Source: Octopus sinensis (Eukaryota). From it: a DNA stretch of 64,000 nucleotides. A program made the translations under genes and the position numbers. Position 1 is the first letter of the stretch, and the number at the start of each line of letters is the position of its first letter. The notes under the pieces were generated by a model that worked only from the letters and a program-made list of their open reading frames with translations, was not told where the DNA came from and did not search any database. This document shows positions 45,559 through 58,076 of the stretch, piece after piece. The stretch is from NCBI RefSeq assembly GCF_006345805.1, contig NW_021832374.1, positions 318,343 to 382,342 on the forward strand. The letters run 5' to 3'.

Positions 45559-46049
45559 ATGTTTCTACCCGTGTTAAGTAACGCCTTTAAAAGTTTTGGC
45601 TTAAGAATAAGAAGTTCCTCGACTAAAACGAGCGAAATTGAGTAATAAAATAATTCTAAACATTCAGCTATTATTTCAAAATGTACGAAAAGAGACTCTC
45701 AGTGATACCCCCTGCTCCAAAACTGAAACACGAAACAGTCATCAAATACGGAATTGAGGACGGGAAAATGATATCCTGCAAACAAGTTGTCGACAAATTT
45801 TACAGACTCAACAGCGGGTTATGGATAAGGACTTTTGGGACTTGCAAAAATTATTTAAAGCCATATAGCGAACGTAAAAGAATGAGAGAACATATTTTTT
45901 GCACAAAAAAGCAATGCAAAACACTCGATAAGATGGTCAGTCCAGAATTCAAGCGAAGACGATATTATCCCGATGATATTTACGAAAATTACCACCATCG
46001 AAGTAATTTGAGTACAGCCCCCACTCGTCCACGCCCATTTTGGCCTTGA
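45559..46049 (+). CDS. MRPL35: Mitochondrial ribosomal protein L35
   Basis: GKMISCKQVVDKFYRLNSGLWIR...RMREHIFCTKKQCKTLDKMV...YYPDDIYENYHHR; a 26-nt intron joins a basic presequence-like exon. Confidence 0.9.
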
Positions 46050-46399
46050 AAATTATTTTTTCTTTACTTTTATTAAATTTGCAGTAAATAAAAAGTTATT
46101 TCTTTTTTTACAATCCTTTTTATTAAAACTTGAAAAGGTATTATCTGTACCCAGCATATTCCTATATGACGTTTAAAGCCCCACATTCTCATATTCAGAA
46201 ATAAAATTACATCAGTAGAGGAACGTGGAAGAAGAATTTGTTTCAATATAAAAGAATTTTGTCGACATTTTGGATGTAAAAAATCATGTTCTCCAATAAC
46301 AGCACTATTCTACAGAACAGGATTGGGGCAACTGAAGTGAGGAATATGCAATTCCAGGTTCTTAAAAAACATAATAAAGACTTGTATTTCAAAATAATA

Positions 46400-47281
46400 T
46401 TATAAAGCAGTTCCAGACAGAAAGACCTTGCCTTTGTGTTTATCACAATAAATAGTGAAATTATCCTCGATGAAAAGGCACTCTAAACATAAAACCAAAA
46501 AATCCAGCCTGCTTCGTGGGCACATTGAAAATGATAAAACTTCTTACAGCCTTTTTTTACACATGAAAGAGATGCTCCGACATTCCTGCACACGTGACAA
46601 GTCTATAAAATTTAAGTCTTGAACTACATTTTGCTTAGCAAAGGAAACAGCCTCCGCAAGACCGAAAATGATTTTACTGCTCACGTAAACACCGTTCGTC
46701 CACACAGCACAGTCTTCGTGAGTCCATATTTCATAATCTTTGTTATCCTCACTGCGATACGGCCCAAAGAGGTCCCCGAGGTGGATGTCCCCTCTTCGTC
46801 TTCCACAAAAAGAGCAAGAGTCCAATTTTACTTCTCTGCTGACTCGTGGCATATGGGCGACGGAATTGGGATGTTTGGGAGGTAGAGGCATTCTATTGGG
46901 GCACTCGTAGTTCATTACTTCCACTTTGGTTGGATTCTGTAAATCGGGACCAGTTATTTTAACATATGGAGAGAACTTTATATTTCGTTTTTTCGGTTTA
47001 ATTTTTAAAGACGGGGGTAATTTGATATTCAAATCTTTGATACGTTTTGCTTTGGGCTGGTTCTTTGCATTTTTTGGTTTTCTTTTGTATGTTTTTTTAA
47101 CTTTAGTTATAATCGTAGAATCAGGGATATCATGTGTTTGAGAAATATCTTCAACAGTCTTGTCCTCAGAATTAATCGAAGAGGTTTTTTCAGTATTCAA
47201 AGCAACTTGATTGGGGCATTCAAATGGGTGACCAATGTTGGGTAATTGTTCATAATTTAAATCATAACGGGGCGTTGACAT
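46400..47281 (-). CDS. TCF20/RAI1-like protein with extended PHD (zf-HC5HC2H) domain
   Basis: CSFC..LGDLFGPY..EIWTHEDCAVWTNGVY..GLAEAV..|CHVCRNVGASLSC..GC...YHFQCA..|..DNFTIYCDKHK. Confidence 0.8.
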
Positions 47282-47974
47282 TTACTAAATTAATAAATTT
47301 TTATTAAAATGATATCGAAAATGTTAATTTCTTTATTTGTATATGTTAAGTGATATATTAACCAAAATATTGTTTTACACTATTTATAATTCGTATAAAT
47401 TAAATATTTATGTTAAGAATACATAAAATAAATATAAACTTATTTGTTTTATTCTTAATCAGTAAAATAGTTAATTAAAACTTACAGTTTCAACAACTCA
47501 CTTGACCAAACAGACAAGAATTGTGTATTTCTTAATTTTGCTGATAATAATTTTATGATTAAGAAAATATACAAATGATTAAAATATTTGTATTGAAGAC
47601 GAATTTTCAAATTTTTTCATATTCCACTAAATTTTAGAAAGTACAATATACCATAAAAGTATCTTCTACTATATAAGTAATGTTTAATCTAAAACATTAT
47701 TTAAATTAAATAATTTTAAGCACTTTCTAAATTATTTTAGATCTTTTAATATGATAAATCAATTTGAAAATGCACCTACAAAATATATTCGCATAAACCT
47801 ACATTTTATAATTACTAAGTTTAAATATTCTTTAACTTTCTATTACCATTTAAAATGTTGCTTCCACGCAATATTGGTTTTATTTATTTCTAAATTATCT
47901 ATTTTAAGAGAGTATCAATTAAGTAATTAAAATGTAACTAATCCCAATATAATTTGTTATTTCGTCCTCCAAAA

Positions 47975-50630
47975 CTACTTGTGATAGAAAAGTGGTTGCC
48001 CCTCAGAGTCGCTATTGAAATTCCTGGAACAACCATTGCTTCTCCCGAGACCCTTTTCGTCTTCTTGCGATGAGTGGCTTAAGTTATTTAAAAAATCTAA
48101 TGACTCACCCGTGAACTTTATTAGATTATAAATATTTATTGTCCTTGCAAGAGATTTATTAAATTTATAAGAAAGAACTCTACTCATAGCACAGAAGACA
48201 ACTTCCTACTTAGGTCAGAGCATGTAAAGTCGGATTTGTTGTACAGTTCCTTTGAGCCACAAAATCAGGCAAACACGCCAAAGATGGGGCATATATCGCA
48301 AATCAATATCTCCGTGGAAAAATAATTCTTTAATTCCAGGTCAATGACTTTAAATCAATACAACAATTGCAAGTGGAAGAGACTACTCATTGGATAATCA
48401 GGTGCATAATTTATAAAAGTATACAATGAGGGTTTCTTCTGTCAATAAAGACTAAACAAAAAAGAAATAAAAGTAAAGTACTCTAAAAACAACTAAAAGT
48501 CAGTCTTGAGCTCTAAATTAATATAATCAACAACAAAGTATACATTCTCTTGGAATGTCCAGGTGAATTACACTCCGCCGAAGAATGCTTACTCTGAACA
48601 CACATTCTATTCAGGATCTCATCATAAAACTCTTTCGTGTCCTCATTCTTCGACATCTACAGATAATGGATCCAATTTTTACATATATTTGAAACATCCC
48701 GAAACTGTCGTCAAGTTTGGTAGCAGTAATTATCACCTTATTTCCCGAATACCGTACAATAGTCGAATCAGATATGACATGATCAACCAATACAGACTGA
48801 ACGTTGGTTAATTCCTTTATAACTAACACAAATCAAGCGCACACTCCATACTTAAACGAGAAGACAACTCCTTATCAACCAAACAACACAAAACCCTCTT
48901 CTGTGTTCCATACTTTTTCGAATAAAGATTCAATTCAATCAACGTCCCCTCAGCCTGGAGAAATCAGTCACAACCCAACTCACCTTAAAAGCACAATCTT
49001 CACAAATCAACGATTCACAGCCGACATCCAAATTATTCAGTTTTACATACGAATCAAATATATTCGTGGATTCGACTGTTTTATCACCACATTCATTGTG
49101 AGTATTTTCGACCTCCATTGGACTAACTATGCCAGACTCGTATGTTTTGAGACAGTCAGAATCCCCTTCCTCGGCACACTCAGGTTGGTCTTCCTCTTTA
49201 GTGATATTTTCGTTATCATGCAGACTATTCTCGTAGAACGCGTCCATCGAATTATGGCGAATTGATTCAGCTTCAGACACAACTTGATTGACAGGAGTGA
49301 TCACTCCAAAGGATGGCACTTCACATGGCTCCATTTCTTCTGTGCAAGACATGACATCTTGACAGGAATTCGACTCCTCACTACAGGAAACTACTTCCCC
49401 AGGCGAGGAGATTTGCTCAGTGGAGGAAGCCACTTGGTCGACACATGGCATATTCTCCGTACATGACATCACCTCGTCACTGCAGGACATCATTTCATCC
49501 CCGGAGAATTCTTCAGTGGAATCGCTTTGGTCAACATCCAGTTCTTCCTCCGATTCTATGTTGAAGCAGCAGTGACAAACCACTGTGAATGGAAATGACT
49601 TCGGGGGTCTCCGAATCTGAATTGACTGGCAATAATCACAAATATCCAAACCAATCTCATTCCGGGGTGCAGCAACAGAGGGAGAATTCGCAATCCTCGT
49701 GTTGATGTCATTTTGTAGTGAGAGAACACTCTCTTGGTTAACCTAAATATATAATAATTAAATACAGAAATGTAATAAAATTCCAATTCTCCGTCAACAT
49801 TGACGACAGAAATGGTCATTCCATTGGTCCCCTTTACCCACGCTTTGAGTTCTCTCCAAATCATAGAATTTACATACAACTCCCCATTTATCAACGACCG
49901 GATTACTTTTAAACAATTTTATAGGGAATACCTATTCTTGATCTATTTTGATCAATCAGATCACTCAGAATGAATGAGCAGGGCCCACATTCCTTGTAAG
50001 TATTCGTAGATTTCACTAGATTCCAGACTTTGCACCGAATCTACGAATTTAGTGAACAAACAGTCACCGAATGAACAGAAATCTCATTTTTGTCGACCTC
50101 TTCCTCTTCTTTGGGTTTGATTTCTTCAACTTCGGAGAGAATCGGCTTTAGTGGGGACAAAGAATCCAATTTGACTACAAAATTATATTTTTTGACAACT
50201 CTTTGCACGATCGTCCAGAAATGTTGATCCTCCACGGAAAATCAGTTTTCCTGAAGGCGACTCGTCAAATAACTTTAAAGAGTCCTCGGGTTGTTCTCCC
50301 GGTTCACATTCTTCCTGATTTTTGACTATAAAGTTAAAAATTGACAAAATATCCACCATTCTCAATTTCGCTTGGTTTGGTCAAGAAAAATTGTTCGGTT
50401 AATGTCGAATTGCTAAACAAATCCGTGACACTAATCTTATATGGATTTGTCAATTACGGTTTAGGATTTGTAGGTAAATTGTTGTTTATTAATTTTGGAA
50501 GGCAAAAGTTCGCCATAAATGGTGGTTGGACTGCATTTAGCTGATCCGTGGAGTTTTGTGACTCTAAACAAACAGAAAATGTAATTAATATATACCATTT
50601 AATTTATTTGAGTTATTAACTTGGTCCATT
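47975..50630 (-). CDS. Uncharacterised multi-exon gene (acidic low-complexity region, CxxC pairs); boundaries approximate
   Basis: Successive minus-strand ORFs (50183, 50041, 49556, 48939) separated by short GT-AG introns; family not recognised. Confidence 0.45.
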
Positions 50631-50978
50631 TCTGTGAAAATAAGAAAATAAACGTCACACAAGAATACAAATACGAAAAAGCTATAAACATTTATTTTTT
50701 AATTTAAATAAGTGAAATACTATATTTATTTAAATAAAAATTTAATTAATATCAATTTTTTCAGTTTAATTTCATTTTTCTCTTGTCTTTTTTTAATAAA
50801 ACAAACAATTTACGTTAAAAAAAGTTTAATGTTTAATTTAAGATGAGGTATTTGTTTAGAACTTACGAATTGCGGATAATACTTTATCGACGCTTGCCGC
50901 TAATACTTTCCACTTTATTGGGAATCATACTAATCAATTTTGAACGCTTCGAATATCCGGAATTCAATAAAATAGATA

Positions 50979-52286
50979 CAGTCAACCCTCTCTATAGTGA
51001 ACCCTCTCTATAGTGAACAGGCCATATTAATGCAATCTACAATAACAAATATTAGTAATTCTCATTAATATATTAATTATAAAATGAGTATTCCCTTTAA
51101 AAATGTATAATATCATTTATTTAAATATTTTGACGTTCACTATTAAAGAATAGTGAATTTTTTTGAACATAAAAATATTAAATTTAATATTTTTACATAT
51201 ATATTTAAAATTCTTTAAAATGAATAAACTACACGTTCTACAGTTGTTAGCATGGTGGAAAATCGAAAACGCCTGTCATTTTTTCAAAAGAAGGAAATAA
51301 TCGAATTTTATCATAAAAATAGACATTACACACAGCGCGATTTATCCCTTTATTTCAATGTTTCTCTGGGCTGCATAAACAAAATTTTGAAAAATTCTGA
51401 AGGAATACTTAATGTTCAAGATGACCAAAAAAAGAAGAAATTTAATTGCCCAAGTCTCAACCATTCGACAGAGATTTATTTGAATGGTTCGTTAAAAAAC
51501 GATCATTTGGATTTACAATCAATGAATATCTTTTGAAGTCCATGTCTCTAAAAATGGCGAAAGTTTGTAATATTCAAGGATTTCAAGCATCAAATGGATG
51601 GCTTGAGAAATTTAAAAATTGATATTGCATTGCTTCCCGTGCTTTATGTGGGGAAAATCAATTTGTTGAAACCTCTGTGATTGAAAATTTTACAGAAAGC
51701 CTCAATAGAAAATTAGAACAATATTGTTCAAAAAATATTTTTAATTTGGACGAAACTGGATTGTTTTTTAAATTTTTGTCGAAGAGAACATTAGCTGTTG
51801 ACTCGGACAAAAATCTGTCTAAAAAACCGATAAAAGAAAGAGTAACTGTTATGTTTTGCGTTAGTATGATGGGAGAAAAACTTGACCCATTTGTTATTGG
51901 AAAAGCCAAAAATCCACGCTGCTTTAAAGGAAGAAGAAATTTAATTAATAATTTACAAGTGGAATACAAATCAAATAAAAAAGCATGGATGACATATGGC
52001 TAGTGAATATGAAGCTAGTGAATATGCGAAGGCGCTTGAATTATGGTTTCTTGAGAATGATTATGAACAAAGAGGAAAAGTATACGAAATACGAAAAATT
52101 TTAAGAAATTATCAAACTAATAATTCTCAAAAAATCACCGATTACATGATTAAAATTTCTAAATAATCTTTGTAATTATACTTCAATATTGTTTATTGTT
52201 ATTTTGATTCCTTTTGTTCACTATAGACAATAGTGAACATGATGTTTTGACGTGGACATTTTGTTCATTATAGAGAGGGTTGACTG
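50979..52286 (+). mobile_element. Tigger/pogo DNA transposon, internally deleted and frameshifted
   Basis: TIRs cagtcaaccctctctata / tatagagagggttgactg with TA TSD; CENP-B-like HTH RKRLSFFQKKEII, FQASNGWLEKFK, FNLDETGLF, KERVTV, PFVIGK..PRCF, NKKAWMT. Confidence 0.95.
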
Positions 52287-52597
52287 TATAATAATTTGTT
52301 AATTATTTTTTTAGAATCACGTGAATCGAGACCATTTTGATGATTTGTAATTTTGTAAATTATGGAATAGGGATCTTATTAATTTTTACTTTTGATGATA
52401 AATAATCATTGGTGGTAATAATGTCACTAATCTGCTTCGATACGTTGGGTCACTTATGGGAAGGGCGACTCCCGAACCACCTGATAATTGGTATTTCGCC
52501 GAGCGAGTTCCCATGGCTATAGTCAGGATTAATGCCTATCCGCCAATAATTAAACTAGAATGATTAACCATGACTAATTAATTATCGGCAGAGGACA

Positions 52598-52728
52598 AAC
52601 TTATCCAAAAAATGTCTTTTTTTCAAAGTCTTTGAATTCGTAATTTGTAATTCGTAGTCTTTGAATTCGAATTCGTAATTAACTTATCCGAAAAATGTCT
52701 CTTTTTCAAAGTCTTTGAATTCGTAATT
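52598..52728. repeat. Local direct duplication of about 48 bp with gaattcgtaatt sub-repeats
   Basis: aacttatcc(a/g)aaaaatgtct..ttttcaaagtctttgaattcgtaattt occurs twice. Confidence 0.8.
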
Positions 52729-52959
52729 TTTATTGAAATATAGTATGTGGTCTTAGAAAAGCAATTTTACGAGATAGTCTGCTCACTATATCAGCATTAA
52801 TTATTCAAAAATATAAGTAAAATTTTTCAGGTTCGCAGCTTGCATGCTCTCTATAGATTTCCAGAAAATTAGTGTCTGGATATATAGCTACCTACCCTAG
52901 CAAGCATATATCCTTTGTTATTAGTCATCTTGCATGCTGATTGATATGAGGAAATCAAT

Positions 52960-53570
52960 TGATTCAGTCAACCACCAATTCTTAATCCATGTCCTGCAAA
53001 ACTCTAGTCTTCCGTGTTGGATGGTAATGTTTATCTAAAAATTCACTACCAAATGGAAAATCAGATAAATTTGGAAAAAGAACACTGGGTGAAGTTAAAA
53101 TCAATTGATGATACTGCAAAGAAATTCCCTCTCATCTTTGTGTTGTAAATAAACCCTTTGAACCCAATGCTTGACGGGAAATTCCCGAAAGTAATGACGT
53201 AAACTAGGCAGGGGGAAGCTGCATATGTCAATACCCACCTCTTATCTATGAACAAAGCAAAGCTGTTTTAGCATCATAATGAAGTAATGGAAATGATGGT
53301 GGAAGAAGTTGAATCGTTTTTTGACCTAGCTGGGTTAGAAAGAAACGTTGAAAAATCTGCGACGAATGTTAAGTCTTTGTTTATGAAAGCTTGCATACTC
53401 GATGGGCCAAATGGATACCGATATCTAAAAAGTTTTGAAGAATAACAACGATTTAAAAAAGTTATGGAGAAATCTATGAAGAAACATCCACGAGGATTAA
53501 AAACTTGATCAAAAATGAATTAAACTCAGTAAACTTGTTCAAGGCTATAAACGAGCACACATATTCTTAA
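52960..53570 (+). mobile_element. Degenerate RT fragment of the R4/Dong-like family
   Basis: DSVNHQFLIHVL, GLERNVEKSATN, DGPNGYRYL, ELNSVNLFKAINEH; homologous to 26720..28165. Confidence 0.8.
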
Positions 53571-54492
53571 AAAAATGAACATGTGAAAACATTGTTAATA
53601 GAAATAAGATAATTATCCATATTGAACACTTTTCTTCACAAAACCAATTTAATATTTCTCAATCTAGAATCGAGTCAGGTTTATAAAAACTGTCCTTAAT
53701 TCCCAGATTTATTAACTAATAGTCTTCTGTTATGAATTTACGAATCAGATAATGTTTCAAGATTGTCATTGCTTAGAAACTAAATTCATTTTTGTGGCTA
53801 AATGGCGGTTAAGCGATATTCTATTATTCCTTGTATTTTTTCTCATAATATACTTTATTGTTTTGTAAATGTTCAATCTAAACCACTGTAACAGAATTCA
53901 TTAAAATTATAAAGTCAGACAAAATGATTTTTAAAATATAGTTCTCTAACCATATTTAACGAAATTTATCAAATTTATTTGTGCTGTTTACTAAAATCTT
54001 TATGAAAACGAATTGGCAATCACTTAAATGAAGGATTATAGTATAGATGTCAATAATTTTTAATAGATGCGAAGTACTCTCACTTACGGAAAGTTCAATC
54101 CTTCCATTCGAATTATAAATCAGCTTCGTCAAATCGGATCATGTCTATCACAGGCGCAAATCGAATGTTTTTCGGGATATTTGCGATAGTATCTAATTCT
54201 TTCTCGATTGGCTCCCGCCTTGAAGCTTTTAATTAATTAACTTGTAGTTATTGGTTGGTTTTCATTAAAAATCATAAATTTTTTATTAAAAGATTCGAAA
54301 ATCTATCATCAGGCTTAAAAATGGAATTATATGTTGTAAATCAGATTAGGCAACCTGACTTAGATAAAATAAAATTATTGTCATGAATTGTCTGTCAAAG
54401 GCTTTTTTATAATCATTAAAATCAAAATTTTTAAAGAATATAATCAAATTTGATTTAAGAACAAAAAGATAATAGATTGAAGTCAAATAATT

Positions 54493-55600
54493 TTATTCTT
54501 GAATATAAAAAGTCTTAAGCTTTTTGTTAACGTCGTCACTATTTCTTATCTCCAAAAATTCGTGGTATGGTACCACGCTGATATTATCCGCAATATCTGT
54601 CACTCGGAAGCACTTTTGATTCCTTTTCATAGATTTTATTAATATGTTCTAATTGAAATTATAAAAAATATGTCTTTACATCGTTAATTTTGTCACCAGA
54701 GTTGTAAAGTTGATTATATGTATGAAAATGTTCTATCTTCATTCTCTTTGTGTTCAGAACAGTTTCATATAAGGACAAAATTCTGCAGAATAAATAGTTT
54801 CGAGATCTATTTCCCGCTTTATGCAATCTTACATACAAACCAACCTGGAATATTATTTAAATTTTTTATGTTTACCGAATATATTTTAGATTTATGTTTT
54901 AGTTTTTGATAATATTTTTTCTTCGCACGACCCCGCATTCCTTTTGTGATACTACTTTCACCGATCCAGCTCCATTCTTGTTTAGTATCTAATACCTTAT
55001 TATTTGTATTGAGATGCCTCCATATATATTAAGATCAGAATTCCTCCTATCTTCTATTTTAATAGGATGGGTAGTAATATTAAAAGGAATTTCCAAGGAA
55101 TTAAATGTTAAGGTGTTCAGTAAATCTAAATTGTAAAATTGTGACTTACTATGATCACTAGTTTGTGAAATAATTTGTGACAGATTTGTTAAAGGGTAAT
55201 TTTGGTTCTGGGCGGAATAATTTTTAATATTGTGTAAACACATGTCCAAATGATGCAATACTAGTAGAAAGTATTTGTTTAAAATACTTTGATTATTCAA
55301 AATAAGACTCAGGTACTGCGCTATCGGAAATTGTAGATATTGCATCATTTGACTCATTTGCTGGATGTAAAAATAGGTGAATAAAGGGTTTTGGCCGAGT
55401 AATTGATAATTTATTTGGTTATAAGCTTATTTGATTAAACTAATTATTAATCGAAATTTACAGATTGACGTATTGAGCGGATTTTCTTTCGATATATTCT
55501 CCAAAATGTTTTCAGGTTGCCAGTATTGTGAATTTTCGGTATTGTTCCTTTTTTCTTTTATAGAACAAATTAAATTATTTAGTTTTTGTATTAAAAAAAT
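54493..55600 (-). CDS. BAH-domain chromatin protein (BAHCC1/TNRC18/winged-eye-like); 5' end approximate
   Basis: Spliced reading WSWIGESSITKGMRGRAKKKYYQKL..|VGLYVRL...FCRILSLYE..KRMKIEHF...|NILIKS..VTDIADNISVVPYHEF resembles the BAHCC1 WKWSG..RGMKGKARK BAH entry. Confidence 0.65.
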
Positions 55601-57177
55601 ACAATTTGAGGTTAATTTCTTTATTTAATATTTAACTGACTAGCTTATATAGTACCTTGTAGTAATGATGACGAGTAATTATCCCAAAACGACAAAAGCA
55701 TTTGATATTGCTAATAAATAGATTAATTTGGATAAAAATTTAAAACCATTTGGTTGACTAAATTTTGTTCAATTCCAGGCCACATTTGAGGCAGTTCATT
55801 GTTTACTAAATAATCGTCGTTAGTTTCAATTTACTGTTATTTTCTTGCTTATTTAAGGAATTATTTGAATTATCTTTATTATTGAACCAATTTTCATTAA
55901 ATTCCATTGAAAAAGTAAAAAAATAAAACGATAATCTAATTTATATAAACCTCAAACTGCGTTCAAAACATTAAATATTTGGTATTGAAATTTCTTTTAT
56001 TTTGACCTCGAAAGTGTTAAGTATAGTCAGCGGAAATCAATCCAATGTCAATAAATGTAGATTTTTTCATCTTAGCACTAAATTTAAAATTATATTTCTT
56101 TATTAATCAAAATATAATTTTTAGTTTTTGATTATAGTTAAACAATCTTTTATTTTTTAATGAAAACCACACAAAATCTTTTTAAAATTAGATGATGGTC
56201 GATTTTATTTGACAAATTAATTTTTTACATGATTTTTCATTATTCGCTATTAACTAGCTAGTTTTCTGAGTTTTTCAAAGTAGAAAAGCTAAGTCAACCA
56301 CGAAGTCCGTAAATAAGCATTTGTTATGTTAAATTCCCAATATCAATCAAATATTTCTACTTTGAAATATTTTTCAAGTTGATAGAATTTTTTTATCTAT
56401 ACCGCAAAAAAAGAATTGCTTTTTTTTCGTGTATAAAATTTCATTATTTATATTTATCTATCAAAAAATTTTTATTTATTAAATTTCAGTTTAGGTAAAT
56501 TATGATAATTAAAAATATGTGATCTGATAAACCATTTTTAGAAACATAATCTATCTGAAAATTGGGATAGTAAAGTTGCATAGATTTGATTATGGTTTCT
56601 CTGCAATTAGTCAGTATGTCTTAAAAAAATAATCGAGACAGTCCAGAGACATGTTGAATTGATTAAAAATATTTTTTTAACCATTTTATCATAAATGTGC
56701 CTTTAATTCGTTTTTAAGAATTTTATTGTGGTCATAATAAAACAATAAATCATATTTTGTTAGATTAATATAAATTTTATGGCTTGCTCATAACTTCTGA
56801 GATTTCTGACTATTCCAATAATATTGGATTTATCTATTTTTAATGTTCATTTTTAAACAAATCTTGATAATGAATTATCTTTTAAGAATAATAGCAATCT
56901 GAAATTGTCAATTTAGGCAGAAAATTGTACAAATTTGAAGATAATAATAATATTTCGTAAAATTCTCGGGAAAAACTCGGAAAAAAGTTTGTTTTTCAGC
57001 ATGTTTATAAATATGAAATTATTAGACCTATCTATATTTCATCATTATTTATTGACCAGAGGATCACAAATGAAATTCTTCGGAATAACCAGCTGGTTTT
57101 GCGACGGTAATTAATTCTGATTCCATTAAAGTTTTTACGACTTTGGTAAAGAATTACCGCTAATTATCTATTTAGAC

Positions 57178-58076
57178 TAGCGTTTCCCAAATTTTTTGTG
57201 TTCGCGGTACCTAAAACCGGGTTTTTTCTTGCGGCAAATATTAAGTAGAAATGTTTTTTAATTTATATATTCGAGAAATTTTACAAAAAAATTACCAAAA
57301 GTAATTATGATAACTAATAAGACACTTGTGCTTGTTTATGTGTACACAAAATTTTTAGAAGGGGACGAATTCGCGACAGAGATACCAGATGGTCATCTTC
57401 AATTGACAACAACCTGTTTCTGTTTTTTTGATTTAATACACATTTATATGATGCTGAGAACTAAGGCATTATTTTTATTGCTTTTTTAAAAATTGACCAA
57501 CTTATAAATATATTATGAAAAAACTATTCAGATTTAATTTAGTAATCATGCTGACGATATTGTAATTGCTACCCGGAGCCGTGAGATGAACACGGCAAGT
57601 ACAAAACTGCAGAACTACCTCCACAATCTTAAATGTTGGCTCTCGATTAATCGACTATCAACGAGTCCTGAAAAATCGGTCACTACGGTTATGACTTTAG
57701 CAAGGAAGCTTGGGAAAATGGTGGTGAACTTAAATCTAAACAACATGGAAATCCCCTTTAAAAAATCCCAGAAAATCCTCGCCGTGACTTACGATAGTCA
57801 CATGTGTTTCTCCCAACAAGTTGAAAATGTTACTACTAGCTGCATGAAGAAACTGAACATCTTAAAAGTGTTTCTCCGAAAATGCAAACAATGGATCAGC
57901 TTCCCCACACGCCAATCAAAATACCGGCAATTCATCGAACCTTCCCTTAGTTATGCTTGTGGAGCGTGGGGATCATTAACAAATCGGACATTTTAAATTA
58001 TAAATAATTTTTAATTTTAAATATCAAGAATCTCGTGGCACCAAAAGTGCCGCGCCATCCCGGTTGGAAATTGCTG
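57178..58076. mobile_element. hAT-like MITE containing a LINE RT fragment (57540-57996)
   Basis: Imperfect TIRs tagcgtttcccaa / ttggaaattgctg; 8-bp TSD atttagac / atttagat; internal HADD...KILAVTYD...KKLNILK...YRQFIEPSLSYACGAWG. Confidence 0.7.

Noticed and set aside
52598-52728. CRISPR-like repeat
   Set aside because: Only two units, no unique spacers, no cas genes, eukaryotic context.
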